Part shown: positions 57,630 to 64,000 of the stretch, piece by piece
Layout: every line of letters starts with the position of its first letter
Position numbering within the stretch: the stretch's first letter is position 1
Source of the DNA: Pedobacter sp.
Lineage (GTDB): Bacteria; Desulfobacterota; Desulfuromonadia; Desulfuromonadales; Syntrophotaleaceae
Length of the DNA stretch: 64,000 nt
Reading direction: 5' to 3'
NCBI GenBank assembly: GCA_050253415.1
Contig: JBFWJC010000001.1
Coordinates: 744,679 to 808,678 of the forward strand
Notes under the pieces: generated by a model
Told to the model about the DNA's origin: nothing
The model's input: the letters and a program-made list of their open reading frames with translations, nothing else
The model's database searches: none
Position numbers and translations under genes: made by a program

Positions 57630-59444
57630 ATGACCACGCCGATACAGCAGCTCAGTCCGTTGCGCAACACCACCTGTGCCGAAGATGCGACTGCACTGAC
57701 CGCCGAGCAACTGCGTCATTTCGGCATCGACCCCACAGGAGATTACGGGCAGGCTCTCGCTACCTTGACCCACAGCCTCTACCAGGCCCATGGGGCGGTC
57801 CATGAATTGTGGCGCATCACCGCAGAGACCCTGAGCAGGCTTGATCGTAGCGACCGCATCGCCTACTTCAACGCCAAACGCTTCGCTTCCTTCCAGTTGG
57901 CCAAGATCCTCGACACCTTGCAGACTCCTTTGAGACGCACCTATCAGTCACTCAGCGTCCGCCCGCGCGGTTACGCCAGTCGTGGGGCCTATCCCCTGTT
58001 CGACAATGTGCCGGCAATCTTCAGTGCCAACCCGGTCATCGCCCGTACGGCCACCTATCTGTTTGCCTGCACCGAATGGGTCGAGGATGCCTTCAAGGGA
58101 AGGGAGTCCTTGCTGGATATTTACTCCCGACTTTTCAATCCGACCTCCATTAGCCTTGCTCACCATATGGTCGAGTTGGAAGCCGGAGCGCTGGCCGGAG
58201 AGTATATGGCCTGGAATTTTAATTCCGGCATGGCCGCCATCGATGGCCTGCTGGCCCATCTGATCGGTTCCCGCGATATCGTGCTTGTCAGCCGCAACAT
58301 CTATGGCGGGACCTACCAGTTGCTGCACGACTGGTACGGCAACAGGAACAAACTCGATATCGCTCTCGAGTGGTTCGACGGGTTTGACGGCCCGGCCTTT
58401 GAACAGGCGCTGCAGCATTGCCGCAGCAAGCATGCCGCGCGCCTGGCCGAGGGGCGCAGGATCTGCGTCTACCTCGAGTCACCCTGCAATCCCCACGGAA
58501 ACGTACTCGATGTTCCCGAGATAAGCCGTATCGCTCACCAGTATGGCTCTCTCGTGGTTTGCGACGCCACCATCGGCACCCCGTTTCTCTTCCCGGTGTT
58601 GAAGCGTCAGGATCCGACCGAACGCCCCGACTTTGTCATCCACTCCTACACCAAGGACCTCTCGGGTAGCGGGACCACTACCGCCGGGGTGGTGATCGGG
58701 CGCACCGAGCGCATGTTCCTCCCCAAAGGGGATAGCGTCACCATCGACGGCCCGGACGGTCACGCCGAAATCATCCCTTGGGATCAGACCATGTTCTGGA
58801 ACGTCTTCTACGTGAAGGGGGCGTTTCTCGATGCGGACAAGGCCTTCGAGGTTCTCAACGGTTTGCGCACCTTCGAAAGTCGCATGCTGCAAAAGGGGAT
58901 CAACACTCTGGTGCTGGCGCGGGTGCTTGATCGCCATCCTAACATCAATGTCCACAGTTCGGCGGTGAGAAACCATCCCAACGCCCCCTTGCGGGAGAAA
59001 CGGATGTTCCTTGGACTTCCGGCTCCCCTGTTCACAATCGACCTGGAACCGAAATCCAGTCGTCTGCCGATTCCCACGGAGGCTTTCAAACGCTTTTTCG
59101 ACTGCCTCGAACCGGCGGTGGGGTTGCAGGTGAGTTTGGGGCAAACCAACACCATGGTCCTTTGTCCGGCTTTGACCAGTCACTCGGAACTCTCTGCCGA
59201 GGCTCTCAAGGAGGCAGGGATCGCTCCAACCACCATTCGGATTTCGGTCGGTCTCGAAGATCCCCGCGTGCTTTTGGCCCATATGCTGCGGGCGGCACAG
59301 CTATGCATCGAACCTTTCCGTCCCGGCTTTTGCAGCGGGTTTCCCGAGGCGGAGGAGATCGATCATCTTTATCGCAGTATCTACCTCGAATGGCACCGCC
59401 GCTTCATCGAAGCCCAGCCCGATTTTACGACTTTGGCCTCGTAA
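57630..59444 (+). CDS. Large PLP-dependent Cys/Met metabolism (trans-sulfuration fold) enzyme
   Basis: YSRLFNPT, SGMAAI, YGGT, ESPCNP, DATIGTP, HSYTKDLSG (PLP lysine), VSLG, IRISVGLE. Confidence 0.88.
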   Translation: MTTPIQQLSPLRNTTCAEDATALTAEQLRHFGIDPTGDYGQALATLTHSLYQAHGAVHELWRITAETLSRLDRSDRIAYFNAKRFASFQLAKILDTLQTPLRRTYQSLSVRPRGYASRGAYPLFDNVPAIFSANPVIARTATYLFACTEWVEDAFKGRESLLDIYSRLFNPTSISLAHHMVELEAGALAGEYMAWNFNSGMAAIDGLLAHLIGSRDIVLVSRNIYGGTYQLLHDWYGNRNKLDIALEWFDGFDGPAFEQALQHCRSKHAARLAEGRRICVYLESPCNPHGNVLDVPEISRIAHQYGSLVVCDATIGTPFLFPVLKRQDPTERPDFVIHSYTKDLSGSGTTTAGVVIGRTERMFLPKGDSVTIDGPDGHAEIIPWDQTMFWNVFYVKGAFLDADKAFEVLNGLRTFESRMLQKGINTLVLARVLDRHPNINVHSSAVRNHPNAPLREKRMFLGLPAPLFTIDLEPKSSRLPIPTEAFKRFFDCLEPAVGLQVSLGQTNTMVLCPALTSHSELSAEALKEAGIAPTTIRISVGLEDPRVLLAHMLRAAQLCIEPFRPGFCSGFPEAEEIDHLYRSIYLEWHRRFIEAQPDFTTLAS

Positions 59445-59609
59445 CCGGACAGGTTGAATACCGTACGGTTGGGATTCGATTTGACACAGACTCTAATTAA
59501 AGATAAAATTAATTATGACAAAATTGGTTTTGTTTTTGTGCGAGACCGGACGCCTTGGGGCTTCGGATAAAGAGGGACAACGCAAGACAGTCAGAACGAG
59601 GAGGGGGCC

Positions 59610-59957
59610 ATGCGAAGAGTCGTCGAAATTACAGCACTGACCCTTAAAAGGCTTCAGAACTACCGACAGGTTGTTGACAATGAATTGCATCACGCGCATA
59701 AGCGGCAGTGGATGGAAATGACCCTGGAGAGTATGCAGGCCTGCGAAGTCGCCGTGAAAAAGTCGGATCGCATCGGTGCCGCGGTGGGTTATGCCAGCGT
59801 CCAGTTCAGGATCCAGAATGGATTAACTCATGATAGGTCCCTGTATGGTGAACCGTTGCTGGTTAACGGGCTGGTCGGCTTATTGAGAGAACTATGCATC
59901 CCCGTAGTAATGATCGATACCCCCGAACGGACTCCGGAATCCATGCTCTCGAATTAG
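59610..59957 (+). CDS. Hypothetical protein
   Basis: GGAGGGG RBS, 115 aa, followed by a stem-loop at about 59987-60030. Confidence 0.65.
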   Translation: MRRVVEITALTLKRLQNYRQVVDNELHHAHKRQWMEMTLESMQACEVAVKKSDRIGAAVGYASVQFRIQNGLTHDRSLYGEPLLVNGLVGLLRELCIPVVMIDTPERTPESMLSN

Positions 59958-60047
59958 CTGGAGTTTTCATTCAGAGGAGATCCATAACCGCTGGTTGCTG
60001 AGCTTGTAGATAGCGCGCAACCAGCGGTTGTCCATTCAAAATCTTTG

Positions 60048-60821
60048 TCAGTAACGAAAGTGCTTGATCCTTTCGCCTTTATCCTCGATTTCCGTCATGG
60101 CCTCGATGCCGATCTGCAGGTGGATGTCGGTCCATTTACGGGAAACCATCTGATCCATTTCTTCGGTCTTGATGCCTTCCGGAGTCAGCGGCAGGTCGGA
60201 GGTGAGCAGCAAAGCACCCCGTGCGATGGCGTTGTAGTGACCGACAATAAACAGGGTGGCTGTCTCCATGTCGATGGCGATGCAGGTCATCGCCTGCAGC
60301 CGCTTCAAAAAGGCCCGGTCATGCTCCCATAATCGGCGGTTGGTGGTATAGACCACGCCGGTGCGGTACTCGTGCCCGTGGGCGACGATCTTTTCCGACA
60401 CGAATTTGTGCAGTTTGAAGGACGGCAGAGCAGGCACTTCGGGTGGGAAATAATCGTTGCTGGTGCCTTCGCTGCGAATGGCCGCGATGGGCAGGATGAA
60501 ATGCCCGATTTCCGAGGATTGTTTGAGACCACCGCATTTGCCGAGCAGCAGGACCCCCTTGGGGCTGCGCGCGCTGAGTAGATCCATGATGGTGGCGGCA
60601 TTAGCCGAGCCCATGCCGATGTGAATCATGGTCAGACCATGGCTGTTGGTGGCGGCAGGCATCGGTCTGTCCGCACCGCGAATGTCACAATTGAATCGTG
60701 CGGCAAAGTGATTGAGATAGGATCGGAAATTGGTCAGCAGAATGTAATCCCCGATTTCGTCCAGGGCCATTCCGGTGTAACGGGGTAGCCAGTTTTTGGC
60801 GATATCCAGTTTTTCGGTCAT
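60048..60821 (-). CDS. amn: AMP nucleosidase (short form)
   Basis: NWLPRYTG, ILLTNF, GMGSANAATIMDLL, LGKCGGL, IDMETAT. Confidence 0.92.
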   Translation of the reverse strand: MTEKLDIAKNWLPRYTGMALDEIGDYILLTNFRSYLNHFAARFNCDIRGADRPMPAATNSHGLTMIHIGMGSANAATIMDLLSARSPKGVLLLGKCGGLKQSSEIGHFILPIAAIRSEGTSNDYFPPEVPALPSFKLHKFVSEKIVAHGHEYRTGVVYTTNRRLWEHDRAFLKRLQAMTCIAIDMETATLFIVGHYNAIARGALLLTSDLPLTPEGIKTEEMDQMVSRKWTDIHLQIGIEAMTEIEDKGERIKHFRY

Positions 60822-60887
60822 CGGCAAGTTAATCTCCCTTTTGGTGCAGAGCATTCTATTTCAATTCTAAATCACGGTTCATACCGG

Positions 60888-61598
60888 TCAGGGGCGGGGT
60901 ATCCTGTTGTGTCGGTCGCCACCTCGAGTTTGCTGGAGCTGCAGGATGAAATCGTCCCTTTCCATGCCGAGGAGGAAACGGGATCCGCAGTAGCCGCATC
61001 CAACCGGCTCCAGAACTTTGGGCGCCAGGGTCAGAACCTTACCGCAAACCGGGCACCACATGTCGATGGCGGCCCCTTGGCGGATCTCTGCCAGCGCTTT
61101 CTCGAAAATCTTGCGGTGCGCCCGTTCCTGTTCGGCTACATCCTCAAACAGGTCGCTGACAGGGCCGCAGGTTTCCCGGGCGAAATAGCGGTAAATGATA
61201 TCGGCCCGCTGCTCCTGGACAATATCTGTTACCAGGGCGCGCACGACGCTCCGCATCCCCGGTATCGGGTCGACCTCCGGAACCCGAACCTCGTCGAACA
61301 GATCCTCGGGAAAAACGATTCTGGGCACAGGTTCGTTGGTTGGATTGAGGGCCTGGGCCGCTTCCAGAAACCACTCCCGGTGGACGATTTCGACCTCCAC
61401 CACACCAAGCAGGTCGCGCAGAATTACCGGTACCGGTCGGAAGTGATAAACCTCGTCCAGCACGTAATATTGCGGGACCAGTGGTGTCGTGGCGAAAGGG
61501 TCCCGATGATGCTGGCGGGTGTAGAGCAAGATGGCGAAATCTTCGCGCCCGGCGCTCTCCAGCAGGCAGCTCACGGCATAACGGTCCTGGGAATTCAT
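60888..61598 (-). CDS. Ferritin/rubrerythrin-like protein with C-terminal CxxC...CxxC ribbon
   Basis: EIVH and ERAH (ExxH) motifs, EQRA..IY; CPVCG...CGYCG. Confidence 0.7.
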   Translation of the reverse strand: MNSQDRYAVSCLLESAGREDFAILLYTRQHHRDPFATTPLVPQYYVLDEVYHFRPVPVILRDLLGVVEVEIVHREWFLEAAQALNPTNEPVPRIVFPEDLFDEVRVPEVDPIPGMRSVVRALVTDIVQEQRADIIYRYFARETCGPVSDLFEDVAEQERAHRKIFEKALAEIRQGAAIDMWCPVCGKVLTLAPKVLEPVGCGYCGSRFLLGMERDDFILQLQQTRGGDRHNRIPRP

Positions 61599-61657
61599 AG
61601 GCACCCCCTCTAAGAGAATCCTGGCTCATGCTTAAGAGCATATATCCCGATAACCTT

Positions 61658-62134
61658 TTACGATTCCGCCAAAATTCGGATCAAAAGCCTCTGCAAGTAG
61701 GAAACGGCCTCGGGCATGCCCTCCTTCGGAGCCCACGGAGCCAGTTCCTTTGGGGCATCGGGTATGTAGGGCCCCGGCTTGGTTTCAAAAAGTACCGAGC
61801 CGGATTCCAGACACACCACCGTATGCCAGACTCCGGTCGGAATGTCGATGCCGAGAACGGGTTCGCCCTTACCGAAAATCTGCAACTTTTGTATTTCACC
61901 ACCATCACCGAAAATCACCAGTACCATCCTGCCGCGCAGGCCGAGCAGACACTCGGGCTTGGGATCGAGCAAATGCCGGTGGGGATGGACGTAAGTCCCG
62001 GGTTCCATGGCGATCAACAGCCGCTGACACGTCTCATCCGGGCTGTTGTGGAGGTTGTGGTGATGACGCAGGCGTGCGGATTCCGCAGCCTGTCGTGAAA
62101 GGTTTGTGAATAAAGAGGAATCGAGGAGTTTCAT
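61658..62134 (-). CDS. WbuC-family cupin fold metalloprotein
   Basis: RLRHHHNLH, QRLLIA.EPGTYVHPHRH, WHT, FETKPGPY. Confidence 0.9.
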   Translation of the reverse strand: MKLLDSSLFTNLSRQAAESARLRHHHNLHNSPDETCQRLLIAMEPGTYVHPHRHLLDPKPECLLGLRGRMVLVIFGDGGEIQKLQIFGKGEPVLGIDIPTGVWHTVVCLESGSVLFETKPGPYIPDAPKELAPWAPKEGMPEAVSYLQRLLIRILAES

Positions 62135-62243
62135 GCGGTCGACCTTCCTGTCCGCGGTTATTCGTAACCGCCCGAGGTTAAATCATACCAGAAAGGATCG
62201 GCATGGAGGGCGGGAAAGAGTGGGCGGGAGGTTCGGCCTCTCT

Positions 62244-63404
62244 TTAGCAGGATGCCGGAGCGCCAGCGGGATGCAGAGGATAGGTCGCCATGAAGGTGGT
62301 TCCTCCCTCCTTGGTGCTGGTAAAAGAAACTTCGCCCTGGAGGTAACCGCTGAGCAACCGCAAGCTGTAGGTACCTAGCCCTCGACCTGGCCCTTTGGTG
62401 GAGAAGGACCGCTGGAAAATCTGCAATTGCGTCTCTCTTGGAATGACGCCCGGGTTATGCACGCGGAACTGAATCCGCTCCCCGATGGTGCTGCACCCGA
62501 CGGTGACGGTTTCGCCTGGGGCGCAGGCCTCCAGGGCGTTTTTGATCATGTTGCCCAGCACACGGCCGAGCAGCGCGCGGTCGCTGTGGAAGATGATCTC
62601 CGGGACGTCCGATTCAAGCGCCAGATTGCGTTCTTTCGTCACCTCGTGACGCCGGTATATACCGACTGTCTTTTGTAGAAAGTCGATCAGGTGCAAGGGT
62701 TCCGGTCTGCTCTGCAGGTCCTGGTTTTCCGCCGCGACCAGTATTCTCTGATTCTGGATTTCTTCGATAGTCTGGTCGGCCGCGGCTTGAATCAGGGTGT
62801 AGATTTCCTCTTTCTCAGCCGGTGGCTGGTGCAGAAGGAGTTCGGCGAAGCCGCGGATGCTGCCGGTCACGTTGAGGATATCGTGGAAAAAAATGTGTTC
62901 AAGGACCTGACGTCGTTTTTCGTGGCTGATGTCGCAGATGGTGAAAACGCTGAACGACTCCCCTGCACAGCTGAGCGGAGTCGTCTTTATCCGCAGATCG
63001 AGAGCCTCGTGCTGGCCTTCCCTGGAGCGGGAGATGCGACACTCCTGCTGATCTGTCCGGCCCGCCAAGCCGGATAGCGTCGCCAGCACCGCGCCGCAGG
63101 TTCTGCAGGCCTCGCTGGTTCCGCAGCCACCCTCGGCTTTTACGGCGACAGGGCAATCAAGCACCTCGCCTGGGCGTAAGCCATGAATCTGACGCTCCTC
63201 CTCCGCGATCATTTCCAGCGCGCCCCGATTGGCGTAAACGATCTGGTGGGATTGGTTGAGGATCATCAGCGGGGTGGGGATGGCGTCGAGCAACTGGCGG
63301 TTAAGGGAATCATCGGAAAAATATGCGACCTGTCGATGAAGGTCGCACGTGGGGGCGCGTTCGGGTGGGGCAAGGGGAGCAGTATGGGAAGCGCCGGTCG
63401 ACAT
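62244..63404 (-). CDS. Cytoplasmic PAS-domain histidine kinase with Cys-rich insert
   Basis: FFHDILN H-box, NMIKNALEA, FSTKG.GRGLG; RPGE..C-x9-C-x5-C-x2-C. Confidence 0.9.
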   Translation of the reverse strand: MSTGASHTAPLAPPERAPTCDLHRQVAYFSDDSLNRQLLDAIPTPLMILNQSHQIVYANRGALEMIAEEERQIHGLRPGEVLDCPVAVKAEGGCGTSEACRTCGAVLATLSGLAGRTDQQECRISRSREGQHEALDLRIKTTPLSCAGESFSVFTICDISHEKRRQVLEHIFFHDILNVTGSIRGFAELLLHQPPAEKEEIYTLIQAAADQTIEEIQNQRILVAAENQDLQSRPEPLHLIDFLQKTVGIYRRHEVTKERNLALESDVPEIIFHSDRALLGRVLGNMIKNALEACAPGETVTVGCSTIGERIQFRVHNPGVIPRETQLQIFQRSFSTKGPGRGLGTYSLRLLSGYLQGEVSFTSTKEGGTTFMATYPLHPAGAPASC

Positions 63405-63635
63405 GATTGATTCCCTTCGAAGCGGATTGCTTCGTCTGTTATTACTGCAGGAGATGCCATGATGTCAACAAGTTAGCGTCGCTTCCGCTGCTCAGCCAGG
63501 CACCCATCGGTTTACGGTCGTTTGTCGGCCGGTGTATTTGCCGAAACGGCATTCCGTCGATTGTAGCACAGTCGGTATGTGTTACATTTATCCGTATCAT
63601 GAGTGTTTGAAATGTTTTTTATCCAGGGAGGGGTT

Positions 63636-64000
63636 ATGTCACGTTTGTTTGCTCTGTTCTTCGCTCTGCTGTGGATGTCGGTATCGACAAGCCATGCCGC
63701 GCGGTCCGATGGCGGCACCCCTCTGCTGGTGGCCTCCACCACCCAGATCGCCGATTTCGCCCGGCAGATCGCCGGCGACCTATGGATCGTCAAAAGCATT
63801 TTGGCGCCGGGCGCCGATCCCCATACCTATCAGCCTACGCCGGATGATGTGCAGATCGTGCTGGGAGCCGACCTATGTCTGGAGAACGGCCTTCACCTGG
63901 AAGGCAAGAACTGGATGGCCACCCTGGCAGGCGACGCCGGCAAACCGCTGGTCACCGCCGCCCGCGGTCTGGCCCCCTTGGAGATCAGTGCCAACGGTCA
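63636..64000 (+). CDS. Metal (Zn/Mn) ABC transporter solute-binding protein, ZnuA/TroA family, partial
   Basis: Manual translation: signal peptide MSRLFALFFALLWMSVSTSHA, then VASTTQIADFA, GADPHTYQPTPDD, ENGLHLE. Confidence 0.92.
   Translation, partial: MSRLFALFFALLWMSVSTSHAARSDGGTPLLVASTTQIADFARQIAGDLWIVKSILAPGADPHTYQPTPDDVQIVLGADLCLENGLHLEGKNWMATLAGDAGKPLVTAARGLAPLEISANG

Overview
GC-rich bacterial chromosome segment. Gene content suggests an anaerobic Desulfuromonadales-type deltaproteobacterium (Pelobacter/Syntrophotalea-like); this is an inference. Bases 1-23.3 kb are a minus-strand anaerobic cobalamin biosynthesis cluster headed by a cobalamin riboswitch and terminator: cobA/cysG-like, cobC, cobU, cobT, cobS, cobD-cbiP fusion, cbiB, cobO, cbiA, cbiC, cbiK, cbiL, cbiD, cbiE, cbiF, cbiG and a partial cbiH. 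The cluster also holds a 33-aa peptide plus radical SAM/SPASM pair (CbpA/CbpB type), a Gate-domain membrane protein, and about ten whole or partial copies of a ~535-bp non-coding element with hairpin ends. Directly upstream is the most unusual locus: a porin, an orphan polyamine-type binding lipoprotein, a single-chain EutB-EutC ethanolamine ammonia-lyase with a Sec-type signal peptide, and an unknown membrane protein. Together these suggest a periplasmic B12-radical enzyme system. The rest of the window holds four more radical SAM genes, a GlrK-QseG-GlrR-like system with a candidate sigma-54 target, stress and redox genes (rubredoxin-like, katG, GST, gloA, hemerythrin, nitroreductases), pilT, cls, alkaline phosphatase, an ANTAR-type leader, a candidate sRNA, fbaB, amn, two pseudogenes and a partial metal ABC binding protein. 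I saw no tRNA, rRNA, CRISPR array or intact transposase. All calls come from reading the sequence and motif recognition; no searches were run.
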